DNA of 40,675 bases from Vezdaea acicularis. Lineage: Eukaryota. Below the pieces are notes generated by a model. The model saw only the letters and a program-made list of their open reading frames with translations. It ran no database searches and was not told the DNA's origin. Location: the NCBI GenBank assembly GCA_026025075.1, contig JAPEUI010000132.1:1-40675 (forward strand). Reading direction: 5' to 3'. This document shows, in pieces, positions 11,742 to 24,657 of the stretch (the first letter of the stretch is position 1; every line of letters begins with the position of its first letter). Made by a program: the position numbers and the translations under genes.

Positions 11742-12350
11742 ATACGTAGGAAACATCTCATGGGAGCCTCACACGATACGATACAATACGGTGTGCCACG
11801 GGGTTTCGTTGAGTCTATAAGCGGATTGTATCCTTCTCACGCCGCATTGATTGCGTCGTCATTGGTCAGCGAGCATCTGGGACGGGTCATCATCAAGCAT
11901 GCGAGGCGTTTGGGTCTGGACTTGAGCTTTCAAGCCACCTTCGACATCATTGTCATGAGCGGAAGTCTACAATATCCTTCTGCGACGGATAAGGAAGGGA
12001 GCAGGGGCAGGATCTGCATCTAGACTATTGTGCATGTACCTGTATAAAAACCACGTAGACGAAAAGCGTCATCAGCCCCTTAGCATGTAGTAGGTGTAAA
12101 TGATACGCTATAGGGAAACCTTCCGAACCCTGAACGCGCCAAGACATTTTCTCAACTACACGCTTGGAGACCTGCAACTTTCTGTGGACAGCAGCCCCCA
12201 AACCCACCACGTTTTCTCAATGACCCCAATCTTGGTCCAATTGGCTTCGCGCTCTCCCTAGTTACTGTGCAAACGTCGCAGCTGTCCCTCCTATCCGCCT
12301 TAACGGCACCAAGACGTATCGTCCCTCCTTTACCCAGCTCTCCCTCCAAC

Positions 12351-13164
12351 ATGGCCACCGACCCAACGGACCCAACCCCAGCTATGTCCGACCCCCAAAC
12401 TCCCAAACCGCGCCCTCCTCCCTCCCCTGTGACAACAACCTACCTCTTCCTCTACAACTTCATCTCCACTATCCTTTGGTTCAGTGTGCTGGGGCGCGTC
12501 CTGCTACTCCTCCCGCTGGCCGGGCACAAGCGCGTCTATGGCGGCGTCGGCGCTTTCACACGTAACACGCAAACGCTCGCCGCTCTCGAAATCTTCCACT
12601 CGCTGTTCGGCGTCGTGCGCGCGCCGTTGGCTACCACCGTGATGCAGCTGTCGAGTCGGTTGCTGTTGGTCTGGGGCGTGGTGTGGATGTTTGAGAGGGA
12701 GACGGCGTGGCGCTGGGCTTATTGCAGTATGCTCGTTGCGTGGAGCGTCACTGAGGTTATCCGGTATTGCTATTTTGCATGTCAGGTGGGGGGGAGGGTG
12801 CCAGGCTGGCTCAAGTGGCTGCGGTAAGTCAAGGTGCCTTCGGGGCGGGGGTGACAGTTAGGGGGCTATGGCTTATAAGGGTGATGCAGATACAACACAT
12901 TCTTTATTTTATATCCCATCGGCATATCATCTGAGACGTGGCTCATTTACTGCAGTCTGGGTGCTGCGGGAGAGAAAGAACCGGCGCTGGAATGGGTTTT
13001 TAGGCTGATATTGTTGTTTTACATTCCTGGTATGTCAAGCATGCGAGCCAAGCGCTCTGATAGTATAGCTAATGACTCCGTGCGCGGCTTTAGGAAGTTA
13101 CATACTATACACACATATGATGGCGCAGCGACGAAAGGAGGCGCGGAAAGGAAAGGCAGAATAG
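12351..13164 (+). CDS. PHS1: Very-long-chain (3R)-3-hydroxyacyl-CoA dehydratase (PTPLA/HACD family), ~227 aa, 3 exons
   Basis: Exons 12351-12823, 12890-13029, 13094-13164. Motifs YLFLYN, QTLAALEIFHSLFGVVRAP, MQLSSRLLLVWGV, AWSVTEVIRY, WLRYNTFFILYPIGISSE, YTHMMAQRRK. Alternative start ATG at 12383. Confidence 0.95.
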
Positions 13165-13382
13165 ACGTTAGATATACTGTATATGGCATGTTAGAACATA
13201 TGAGGCGCTGGGCTTTGCGAAGACGGAATAATTAGTCAATAGACTCGAGCATTGGGCTGAAAACAACAAAGATTGGTCCCAAATATGGAATGTATTGCAA
13301 TCGACTAGCAAGGAGCTCGTGTCACTTTGCTTGAGCATTTCTGAGCGTTATGCTGCACCCCGCTCGGTGAAAACAGTACCCC

Positions 13383-15594
13383 TTAATGCGTCCTCGCCCA
13401 CTCTCGATACCATTCCAAACATTCTACGTTGGCTACACTTGCAGATGTCTGGACATCAAATCCGCATAGGATCTTCTTGACTGCGACTTCAATCCTAGAC
13501 GATGTATTAGATGCGAGATACATTTATTTCAAGCGGAAAGCGGCTCACTTCTTGCCATTCGTTGTTACTGGAATTTCAACACATTCATCTACCACGCCGG
13601 GTACATGTCTTGTACTGAGCTCGCTCCTGACCTTAGTCTGGACTCTTGTGACCAGATCTGGCGTGAATCTTTTTCCGTCTTTCATCTTCAAAAACAGTAC
13701 TACTGTCTCGTCCACATCCTGTTGCCTTCGGCGTCCAATGCATAGAGCATCTTCGACCTCATCTGGGAAGTACTCAAGGAGTATGTTATAGATCTCTGCG
13801 CTCCCGAACCTGACACCGGCAGGCTTGAGCACTCCATCACTTCGGCCCAACATGAGCATGCCCCCTGTGGCCGAATTAATCTTGACGAAGTCGCCATGAT
13901 GCCATACCCCAGGAAATGTTTCGAAGTAGGCTTTTTTATAGAGCGTCTCGCCATTAACGCCCCAGAACGCCACAGGCTGGGCAGGGAACGGCTTGACACA
14001 CACGAGATCTCCTGGTTCGCTTGATCCGGTGATGTCCTTGCCCGTAAAATCCCATGCTTGAACGGCCATACCCAGCCCCCTGACCTGGATTTCGCCCTTA
14101 TAGACAGGGTCTAACGTTGAGGGTGCACCAAAGAGCGATATGATATCTGTGCCGCCTGTTATAGATCCAAGGTGGATGTCCGGACCAAATGCCTTATAAA
14201 TGTAGCTGAAAGTTGACGGCGCCAGAGGTGCAGCGGTACTATACATGGCCTTGAGCGTCTTCATTGGATGCATCACTTTTGGCATGACCCCTTTCTGCTC
14301 TAGCAATGATAGGTATTTCGCACTTGTTCCAAAATGGGTAATTCCGAGCTCCTCAACAAGTGCCGGCATGGCAAGTGATCCATCAGGAGAAGCTGCTGTG
14401 AAAGGCCGAAATGGGGAACCGTCATAAAGAATCAAAGTTGCGCCACTGGCAAGCCCACTAACCAACCAGTGCCACATCATCCAGGTACAGGTTGTGAAGT
14501 AGAAAAGGCGGTCTCCAGGAAGTATGGAGCAATGCAGAGAATGCTCTTTTTTATGCTGGATAAGTGTACCGACTGCGCCATGTACAATGCATTTTGGTTC
14601 TGGCGAGACGTTAGATGGGTTTCAGTCCATAGAGTCATGCTTACTTCCAGTTGTGCCGGAAGAATAAAGAATGTATACGGGATGGTCAGGATTCAATTGC
14701 ACGAATTCAAACTTTGCCTCCAGGTCGCCCAGCCTTATAAAATCGTCAAAGATCCAAGATTTGCTGTCATGTAACTCGACTTCGTCGATTTCGATATGGT
14801 GTGAATGGACAGCGTCGAGTACGACTGCAGCTTTCAAGGTTGGTAACTTCTTTACAACCTCACGAGTTTTTTGAAGGACATCGTGTACTTTTCCATTATA
14901 TATGATAGCATTATCGGCAAAGAGGATAATCGGCTCTATTTGCTGGAGTCTATCCAGGACACCATGCACCCCTGTATCTGGCGACACCCCCGTCCAGATG
15001 GCTCCGATCGACGTCGCAGAGAGCATCAATACCAAAGCGTTGATATGGTTTCCCACATACCCAGCAATGCGATCATTTGCTTTGACGCCAAGATGCCTCA
15101 TAGCTAACGCGCACCTGCGGACCCGATCCCTCAAAACCCCCCATGTTACTTGCTCACGGGCAATTTCTGTTGCAGCAATGACTGCCAGAGAATTCTCGTC
15201 AATATCAAGTTGCGGAAAAAGGAGGTTCTCCGCGAAATTTAACCTTGCTCCTTCAAAGAACGACGGGCGAGGGTACATAGGAGCGTTCTCGGCGAGAACC
15301 TACTGGCAATGAACTTATGGAAATGAGGTGAAGAACACATAGAAAACTAACATTGCGGAAAGGTTCTGAAGCCTTTACGCCCGTGAAGATCCATACCTCT
15401 CCCCAGAACGCTGCAATGTTATGAATAGACCACTGATAGAGCTCATTGTAAGTTTCGAGTTTCACATCGTATTTCGTCTCGATCTTGCTTTTGAATGCAT
15501 ACATTCGGGTCCTTTCTGGCGAGGGGTGCCTCCATAGCTCTTCCGGAAGAGCAGAACTGGCATCCACATGATCGGGATCGCTTTGGACAGCCAT
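13383..15594 (-). CDS. AACS: Acetoacetyl-CoA synthetase (acetoacetate-CoA ligase, AMP-forming), ~686 aa, 4 exons
   Basis: Exons 15594-15352, 15299-14645, 14599-13549, 13494-13383. Motifs FFEGARLNFAENLL, YILYSSGTTGKPKCIVHG, MMWHWLVSGLASGA, SITGGTDIISLF, VWHHGDF, GRSDGVLKPAGVRFGSAEIY, TTNGKKIEVAVK. Confidence 0.95.
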
Positions 15595-15881
15595 GATATG
15601 GTTCGTATCTTTGAACGCCAAAGTCAATGCGGTCAAGCAGTGCGTCATCGTCAGCTGGGAGCTCGCGTCGGAAGTATCGGGAGCCGACCTGGAGCTCATT
15701 GGACGGCACAACCAGAAATCTCTTGGCTGGATAGCCGAGAAAGCCGGACGGACCTTTATGTAGCTTGCTTAAATTTCGGAGGGCCGCGCCACACAAATTT
15801 CGAAACCAACCCCCTTTGCGAGCGAAGTGCGCTCCCCTCCTTCCTCGATATCCTCGCCGAAAACTCTCAAGATATTTAGCA
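15595..15881. promoter_or_regulatory. Probable bidirectional promoter shared by AACS and LCB2
   Basis: Only 287 bp separate the two divergent ATGs, so both 5'UTRs and the promoter(s) must fit here. Confidence 0.6.
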
Positions 15882-17867
15882 ATGGCTGGCAAAAGGAGAG
15901 GATCATCCTCGAAGGCAAATCGACTTGTTCAGTTCTTCTCTACCTCCCCTAAGCTACGTAATTCCGACTACTCTCCTGCCGCGTCACAACTCTTAGCCGC
16001 CGCTGCTGCGCAGCAGCAAGCTATACTCGATTCTCCGTCGCCAAGGATCAGTCTACCATCGCTCTCCTTGCCAACTATCTCTCTATCAACAGCCAATGCG
16101 GATGGTCCAACTATGCAAGATCCCCCTACGACGCTGTTCCAGCCTCCATCTCCAGCTGAAGCTCGTCGTATTGCCAAACAACATGCTCAATTTGGTCCGC
16201 TCGGCTCTCAGGAGCATCGTTGCACAAGTCAATTTCAAGGAGGAGAGTTCCCAGAACCCGTTCTTGACGAACCCCCGTACTATTACCTCCTCACAACGTA
16301 CATAAGCTATTTGATTTTGATAATCTTCGGTCATGTTCGCGACTTCTTCGGTAAGCGTTTTAGGGAAGAGCACTACCGTCATCTCAAGGCGAGAGACGGT
16401 TACGCGCCACTCAACAGCGACTTTGACAATTTCTACGTTCGGCGTTTGAAGATGAGAATAAACGACTGTTTTGCGCGCCCCGTTACTGGAGTCCCGGGCA
16501 GGTACATCACTTTGATAGATCGCAAATCTGATGATCATAATCTTCATTTTCAGCTTACCGGAACGACCACCGAGACGTTGAACGTCAGCTCGTATAATTA
16601 CCTTGGGTTCGCTCAGTCAGAAGGACCGTGTGCAGATGCTGTGGAGGAGACGATCAGGAAGAATGGCTTGAGTGTGACCAGCACGAGGAGCGATGTCGGC
16701 ACCTCGGATCTTCACGTTGAAGTCGAGGAACTCGTCGCCAAATTTGTAGGCAAGGAGTCAGCCATGGTATTCTCAATGGGCTTTGGAACCAACGCTACCG
16801 CATTCCCTGCGATTGTTGGCAAAGGATGCCTCATCATCTCCGACGAGCTGAATCATGCCTCGATTCGGTTCGGATCGCGCTTATCAGGAGCGATGATTGA
16901 GATGTTCAAGCACAACGACATGAATGACTTGGAGGCGAAGCTTCGTGAGGTAATCTCTCAAGGGCAGCCAAGAACCCACAGACCATGGAAGAAAATTCTT
17001 GTGGTGGTTGAAGGGTTATACTCGATGGAGGGCACAATGTGCAATCTTCCTGGGATTGTTGCTTTAAAGAGAAAGTACAAGTTCAACTTGTTTGTGGATG
17101 AAGCGCACTCCGTAGGAGCATTGGGACCGACAGGACGTGGTGTCTGCGACTATTTTGGAGTTGATCCTTCTGAGGTTGATATCCTTATGGGAACACTCAC
17201 AAAGTCTTTTGGTGCCAATGGTGGTTATCTCGCCGCCGACAAAGCCATCATAGATAAGCTTCGTGTTACGAATGCTGGATCTCAATACTCAGAGTCACCC
17301 GCGCCGGCTGTTCTAACCCAGATCTCCAGCGCATTAAGAATTATCATTGGCGAGCTTGCTCCCGGCCAAGGCGAAGAGCGTTTACAGCGACTTGCTTTCA
17401 ACTCTCGTTATCTTCGACTAGGTCTTAAACGCCTAGGATTTATCATCTACGGGCATGATGATTCACCCATCATCCCCTTGCTCCTATATAACGTCGCCAA
17501 AATTCCTGCATTCTCTCATGAAATGCTTCGGAGAAAGATTTCGGTAGTTGTTGTGGGGTATCCCGCCACACCCCTGGTATCGTCTCGAGCCCGGTTTTGT
17601 GTGTCAGCAGCGCACACTAAGGATGATCTGGACCGCGTGCTTGCGGCCTGCGATGAGATCGGCAATGTGTTACAACTGAAATTCTCGAGCGGTATCGGTG
17701 GAGGTGCGGTGCCTTTGTCCGAGGGCATACCAAGCCCTTACGAGCAGAAAGAGAAGGCTCCGAGCGCTGCACATCAGAACGAGAAAGCACTTGCTCGCCT
17801 GCCTAGGTGGAGTCTTGAAGAGGTGCTCAAGAGAGGGGTCGAAGATGTTCAATTACCGCTAAGATAG
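15882..17867 (+). CDS. LCB2: Serine palmitoyltransferase subunit 2 (PLP-binding), ~661 aa, intronless
   Basis: First ATG at 15882. Motifs SDFDNFYVRRLKMRINDCFARP, SYNYLGFAQ, SDELNHASI, VEGLYSMEG, DEAHS and the PLP-lysine motif GTLTKSFGANGGY. Confidence 0.97.
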   Translation: MAGKRRGSSSKANRLVQFFSTSPKLRNSDYSPAASQLLAAAAAQQQAILDSPSPRISLPSLSLPTISLSTANADGPTMQDPPTTLFQPPSPAEARRIAKQHAQFGPLGSQEHRCTSQFQGGEFPEPVLDEPPYYYLLTTYISYLILIIFGHVRDFFGKRFREEHYRHLKARDGYAPLNSDFDNFYVRRLKMRINDCFARPVTGVPGRYITLIDRKSDDHNLHFQLTGTTTETLNVSSYNYLGFAQSEGPCADAVEETIRKNGLSVTSTRSDVGTSDLHVEVEELVAKFVGKESAMVFSMGFGTNATAFPAIVGKGCLIISDELNHASIRFGSRLSGAMIEMFKHNDMNDLEAKLREVISQGQPRTHRPWKKILVVVEGLYSMEGTMCNLPGIVALKRKYKFNLFVDEAHSVGALGPTGRGVCDYFGVDPSEVDILMGTLTKSFGANGGYLAADKAIIDKLRVTNAGSQYSESPAPAVLTQISSALRIIIGELAPGQGEERLQRLAFNSRYLRLGLKRLGFIIYGHDDSPIIPLLLYNVAKIPAFSHEMLRRKISVVVVGYPATPLVSSRARFCVSAAHTKDDLDRVLAACDEIGNVLQLKFSSGIGGGAVPLSEGIPSPYEQKEKAPSAAHQNEKALARLPRWSLEEVLKRGVEDVQLPLR

Positions 17868-19747
17868 GCTCTTCCCGCTCCCAAACAACCGGACCAATAT
17901 GGTTGCTTGGTGATGAGCTTGAATGGAAGTGAGGCTGTTGCCAAGCCATTCATCGCATCACAGCCACTTCTACTCAGCCTTCTCCTGTTACCCTTCGCCG
18001 TCATCAAACACCTTTTTCTACCTGCCAACCGCAAACGGCTAAGCACTCCTCTGTCACTTTGTTTGATGGAGTATCTTCTATTATGAGCATCATAGTAGGG
18101 AATTTGTCTTGCCGCCCTACCTATTAACACAGTCATCCGGCATAGCGTTCGCTTTCCTTTCTCTGCCGGTGAAGAAGCCGAACCCTGGTGGACGCGTTTC
18201 TTCTCTGTGCAATAGCTTCCATTCGCTGCTCTTTTGCCTTGGTCGCAATTGCGCACGCGTCAATAGAGTAATTGCTAATATTCTTGAGCAACCCGGTGGG
18301 CCGGGGCTCTTAATTCTGGGCCTGTCAATGTAAATAGTAGGCCAAGCATGGGGACATCCTCGGGCTAGATTAATTGATAACCTTCGATGGTTCTACTACA
18401 GAGACTCATGATCATTCAAGGAAGCATATCGTGATCAATTTGACGATCAAGCCCCCACAATTCGTTGAAGACACGGATGGGGCAGGTGCGTGGCTTTGAC
18501 GCCCCGGTTGCCTGAGCGCCATTCCGAGTGTGTGAATGAATCTACGCTCTCGGCGATTACTATAGATACGTCCCCGTTACCGCATGGGCAATGGTTCGGA
18601 TACCGCCGTGGCAGGTATCGATGCTTTCGTGCTAGGACTGATAGTACGCCTTGTCTTGCCTCGGAATACCTTCAACTTTGGTGTTCCTTCAGTATAAAAG
18701 AAAATAAGCCAAGACTACCTCGCATTCCATCTCTTTACTTGCAAAAGCCGTTCAGCTCTCAAGACCGTTCGGGAGGGTCTTTGTAGATCACCGCCTCACC
18801 AATCATTATTCGAGGCGAACGGTCGCTTACCCATGCCATTCGCCCGACGTCCACGCAAACCGGGGTCGCTTACGTTGAAGCCTTATGAGACGACGCCCGG
18901 GCATAGTACAAACGCGGAGGTTTTCGGTCTCACGGGTGTCAGCAGACAGAAAGTAGTATGAACGCTTCTTGCGGAGTCCTCAGCTTGCTCGAGCGTTTTC
19001 GTCGCGGGCTATCGATGACAAGGCCGCGTGGTCCCCGCCCCCGCACTGCGGCTACCTATCGCGGGATCTAGCATGATGATGGGTATTGCGGTATCGCCTG
19101 CGCAAAAAGAATCTTCTTTCTACATCTCATGGCGCACGTATTCTTGAAATACGACACCAATGGCGTCTATTGCGTCGGTTTTCAATTAGGCGCGCCTGAG
19201 CCTCAATGTGAGCAAATGAGCTTTGGTCAAGTGGTGCCAGCGTCCAAGCTTGCATTACACCGTTACTTGATGGGAGCCCTAATGCACAGCTCACAGGGGT
19301 CCATCAAAGTATTCGGTCGGAGCGGCTTCCCATGCAGTCAACATTTAACGGCACCAATAGAATTGCCCACATGCTCTAACCGGGCGTCGTTCTCGACGAT
19401 GGGTGGTGTGGGCGTCGGGCCCCGGCTTGCCCTTCCTTGGGAGCTCTACGCAGCTCTACGACATGCACAGGTCGATTGTGCATGAGCCAGCATACCTTCA
19501 GACTTCTCAAGCCTTTGTGTCACACATCTCAGGTCCTCTGTGTCTTCCTGCAATATTATTGGCTCGTAAGCCTTATACTTCGCCCTTCCAGCCTCATTGT
19601 CGGCGTATTCAAAAGGTAGATCTAAGCCTACTCTTCCACGCAAGCTTCCTTTTTGTAATCTATCCACTATCAAGCGAGCGATCTTTATTGCTCTCGATAA
19701 GCCTACTCTTATCTAGCCTGGCCTTGTTTATTTTATAAGTCCCCACC

Positions 19748-21409
19748 ATGTCCGGACCTCACGGGCCTCCTCCACCTCCTCCTAGTCATCATGGCCCACC
19801 TATGAGGTCTATGAACGATATGCCTGGAAACATGTCTGCCCACCCCAGTATGGTTCCTCAGCCCAACATGAGTAGACCCACCACCAAAAATGGTGGTCCC
19901 GAGTACTTCGATGTCAGATCTCGACGGTCCGGTCGGGGTTCACAGGGTGCCGATGAAGGCATCCTCGAGTACTACACCCTAGCGAAGAAAGAGCTTAGGG
20001 ACAATTCGAGGCCGACTTGGAAGAATATTACAACTAAAAAATTCTCCGCTCCTCAAAGGGATTTACGTAAACAAGTCAAGATGTTCAACAAAAGAAAGCA
20101 GTCGGTGATATCGCTTCGAAAAATGCTACCGAAACGAGCGATTTTCGCAATTGACAACCTAATCGAAGAGAAGAACGAGGAAGAGTACCCAGGACAGGAG
20201 AACGATTACGAGTGGACGTTAGTATACTTAGAAAGCGATATCAGATATGAACGAATCCGGGTGGGCATGTTCGAGACACAAGACGTACCGGTGACGAACT
20301 CAATTGAGATTATCATTCAGAAGCAGGATAAACCTGACATGGAACGCCAAATAATGTCAGTGCCGGCGATGAAAACGAATTTCGGTCCTCAGATGGGTAG
20401 TTCAAACCCTGGAATGAATCCAGGTGCTAGACCATCTAACGGCCCACCAGGCGTACCACCAGGCGCATCTATGAACCCTCCCCCTGGTATGAGGGATGGC
20501 CCTGGCCCTAAGCCACCTAGGAATGATCAACCAGATCTTGGCATGCAGAGGGGCGGCCCAATGAGCGGAGGCCCCCCAAAGGCTCCAGGCGGTAAGCCCG
20601 ACGGCAAGCCTGGATTGCCTCCTGGCCGACCAGGACAAGGCACCCGACCCCCCACTCCCGTGATTGTCCATGACCAAGGCCCACGCAATGCTCAGGGTCA
20701 GCGCGGTCAACCGTTGGGACGAGGCTCGAACGGACCGGGAGGACAAGGCTTACCCGGCTCTCGAGGGAGGCACCTGGATGGTGACAGCTCTAGCAACAGC
20801 GACAGTACCGAAAGCGATGAAGACTATGATAGTTGTTCTAGTTCTGAGAGCAGTGCCCCATCTCCGCGTGGTGATTATCGAAACAGCAGTGGATACTCAC
20901 GAGGCGGCGGGCATGGCGCTTTTATAAAGCCATCGCGTAACCCGGCAATGCGACAGAGGGATGGCCAAGGACCTCAACATCGACAACATCACCCAGACAT
21001 TGCTGCTGGGGGTTATCCACCACGCTCCAAGGGGTTCGGCTTCGAGGGCGAAGGAGCTCGTGGCTTCCGGGGAATGGGTCAAATGCCCATACGGCGCAAG
21101 TCTATATCTACACCTTACAGATCTACCCTAACGGCCTATGGTCAGTCTCCTTTCATTCAGCAAGGGCTAGGAGGTTTCGTATCTATGGAGCCACAGTTAG
21201 GATATCCCAATGGGATGCCCATGGGAGAGGCGCCAGTGTACGTCAAACCAGGCTCTGGGCTTGGCATGCAGTATTCAGGTCAATTCGAGAGCGCCGCACA
21301 ACAAATGCTGATGCCGAATAACATGGGAGCAGTGGCTTCTGCCCCACTACGAAGATCACGGACTGATGGTCCCTATCAGACGCGTTACAGACCAATAAAT
21401 TACATGTGA
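19748..21409 (+). CDS. Uncharacterised 553-aa Pro/Gly/Ser/Met-rich, largely disordered protein with one ~125-aa helical-looking domain
   Basis: Long intronless ORF in a good start context (CCACCATG). The compact segment LEYYTLAKK..TWKN..IDNLIEEKN..YEWTLVYLE..SIEIIIQK is flanked by low-complexity regions. Confidence 0.8.
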   Translation: MSGPHGPPPPPPSHHGPPMRSMNDMPGNMSAHPSMVPQPNMSRPTTKNGGPEYFDVRSRRSGRGSQGADEGILEYYTLAKKELRDNSRPTWKNITTKKFSAPQRDLRKQVKMFNKRKQSVISLRKMLPKRAIFAIDNLIEEKNEEEYPGQENDYEWTLVYLESDIRYERIRVGMFETQDVPVTNSIEIIIQKQDKPDMERQIMSVPAMKTNFGPQMGSSNPGMNPGARPSNGPPGVPPGASMNPPPGMRDGPGPKPPRNDQPDLGMQRGGPMSGGPPKAPGGKPDGKPGLPPGRPGQGTRPPTPVIVHDQGPRNAQGQRGQPLGRGSNGPGGQGLPGSRGRHLDGDSSSNSDSTESDEDYDSCSSSESSAPSPRGDYRNSSGYSRGGGHGAFIKPSRNPAMRQRDGQGPQHRQHHPDIAAGGYPPRSKGFGFEGEGARGFRGMGQMPIRRKSISTPYRSTLTAYGQSPFIQQGLGGFVSMEPQLGYPNGMPMGEAPVYVKPGSGLGMQYSGQFESAAQQMLMPNNMGAVASAPLRRSRTDGPYQTRYRPINYM

Positions 21410-22121
21410 TCTAATTTTGACCCTTTTCCTGTCCTGCTCTCTTCTACAACTTGTCCGCGAAGGAAAATCGCATTTCATTGTTTCATATGGTCTTCTCAGG
21501 GGTGCAGGTGTCGCGATGGGAGAGTCTCCATACTTGGGCGTTTCAAGGAGGGGAATGGGCTGGAGTCTCGGCCCTTTTGATATGATCCTCCGCTCATCTG
21601 GTCGGAGTTGGTGCAAATGCGTGCACTTCTCAATGGGAAAACAAAACTTAGCTGGTACCTAAAGATAAATCATATCTACTCTCAACCAATTTTCTGATCT
21701 CGCCATGTTACTATGCACACCAAGTGTCTCATGAGCTCCAGCCATCTTTGGGCCTATGATGTACTCCTCCAGCCTTCCGCTGCACGTCTCGGTATCTCAC
21801 AGATGGATGATCCTGTCGCTATCCGTGCCACGAGGCCGCTATCAAATTTGACACAACTCGCAGAAACCGTGTCGCAAGACATGTTTGCCTTCGGAATACC
21901 CAGGATATATATCCAAAGACTGCCCTAGCGCAGATGCGATGATGCTCTCACACTACTCTCTCAGCAATTCCTGGGCGCCCCGCCATCTCGCCAGTGCCTG
22001 CCCCACTTCTTCAAAAAGAAAGCAGCACAACAAACCTCCAAGAAAAATCCTCCCAGAAATCCTAAAACCTCAGCATCACCCATTGAAAATATAGATCGAG
22101 TTTAGTCTCAATACCGCAATC

Positions 22122-23310
<1,189 letters not shown>

Positions 23311-23469
23311 TGGGATTGGGGAAAAATGGTAGACGAGTTTCTGAATGGTGAATGGTAGATTTTGATATACACTCATATTCTTCACCCTACAGTACATCCT
23401 CCTATACTTCCACATGCTCTTGAACCATGCAGCAATCCAACGCCGTCAATGCAAAGCCAGTCCTCCTCT

Positions 23470-24303
23470 TCACCGCCCAGCCATAACGTCCCCCCTCCCA
23501 TCCCTCCCGACCTTTCCAAAGTACGGGGCCCATACCCCCCTTACACTCTCATTCGCACTCCTCACCGGCTTCTTCGTCCTCCTATTCTTCTCGCCACTAT
23601 TCCACGCCACCAGCTCAGCCTTCTGTTGTATTTCGCGGGGCGTCATATTGCGCACGCAAACGACCTTTTGGCGGCCGTTCGCGTAGGTGGCGCGGATTAT
23701 TGGGTGCAGCGTCGGGCGGGGGGAGATGGTTATCGATATGGAGGGGTGCAGAGAGGCGAAGGCGTGGATACTGGGGGCATTGCGGGAAGAGGGGGACGGG
23801 GTGGAGGATGGGTGTTGTGAGGGGAGAAGAGCAGGGGTTGAGGAGAGTGTGCCGGGCGATACGGCGCTTGGAGGAGGGAGGTTCGGGGCGAGAAAGGCGC
23901 TGGTAGGTGATGGTTAGCTTTGCACTTGGGCTGGTAGAACAGAGCGTATGGGTCGTGGATAAGCTGGGAAATGTGATAGCTTCGAGGCCATAATAATAAG
24001 ACACAACTGGAACAAGACCTGGTGACGGGACAAAGAGTAAAGGGGGGGAACGTACTTCATTCCCCGAGAGCTACCGGCCCAGTCGCAGTAGTGGAAATCC
24101 ATCTTCAGGCATTGGAGCATGAAGCCCGCTACGCCGTTCTAGAAAGCAATCCCATATGTTAGCCAAGCTCAAGACAGGTACCACGGACCGGCTTTGCTCT
24201 CGTTGCTTGCGCCGAGTTGGACGGCGGAAAAAGGTGAGGAAGGGGCACAGAAGAGGAGACATACCTGGCCTCTCGATACTTTTCGGAGAGAGCGGACTGG
24301 CAT
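23470..24303 (-). CDS. MRPL51: Mitochondrial large-subunit ribosomal protein mL43 (54S L51), ~183 aa, 3 exons
   Basis: Exons 24303-24265, 24138-24056, 23899-23470 give MPVRSLRKVSRGQNGVAGFMLQCLKMDFHYCDWAGSSRGMNAFL..ISPRPTLHPIIRATYANGRQKVVCVRNM..SANESVRGVWAPY, the fungal L51 signature. Confidence 0.93.
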
Positions 24304-24657
24304 TGTGTAAGGTTCCCTGCCAATATCATTTAGGGGGATGGAGACACGGAAGACGGCAAGATAGAAAGTCTAGGACCCTCAGATCACGTGCCGAGCTCTC
24401 GAGAAATTTCGGCATTGCATCAGGAGCTTGGCGAGGCCGAGGAAAGTTGTGCTTCCCATTGACGCCCAGATCCACCTATTTCAACCTTTGAACCCACATC
24501 TACTACAATTTTCACAAGAGCCTGGTACAATAATCAACAGTTCCCTCAAAACTCTCTCCCAGGTCACGATTGCTGAGCTTAGCGCACGTCAGCTATACAG
24601 CGCGCTTCGAGACGACATACGTGTGAGCGTAGGTAGAAGGAGGGAAAAGTAGGGAAG
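24304..24657. promoter_or_regulatory. Probable bidirectional promoter between MRPL51 and TOM22, with E-box CACGTG at 24385-24390
   Basis: 354 bp between divergent ATGs of two mitochondrial-protein genes; GATCACGTGC is present in the sequence. Confidence 0.55.

Noticed and set aside
15765..15881. Apparent 39-aa N-terminal extension of LCB2 in the ORF track
   Set aside because: Begins at a non-ATG codon inside the shared promoter; the ATG at 15882 (GCAATGG) has good context.
17868..19747. Several 60-135 aa ORFs and a 10-bp direct repeat (GGTCGCTTAC at ~18821 and ~18864)
   Set aside because: No motifs or convincing splice structure; a repeat this short is not significant without conservation data.
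23615..24004. 129-aa minus-strand ORF
   Set aside because: Alternative frame over MRPL51 intron 2 and exon 3; the conserved L51 motifs are in another frame.
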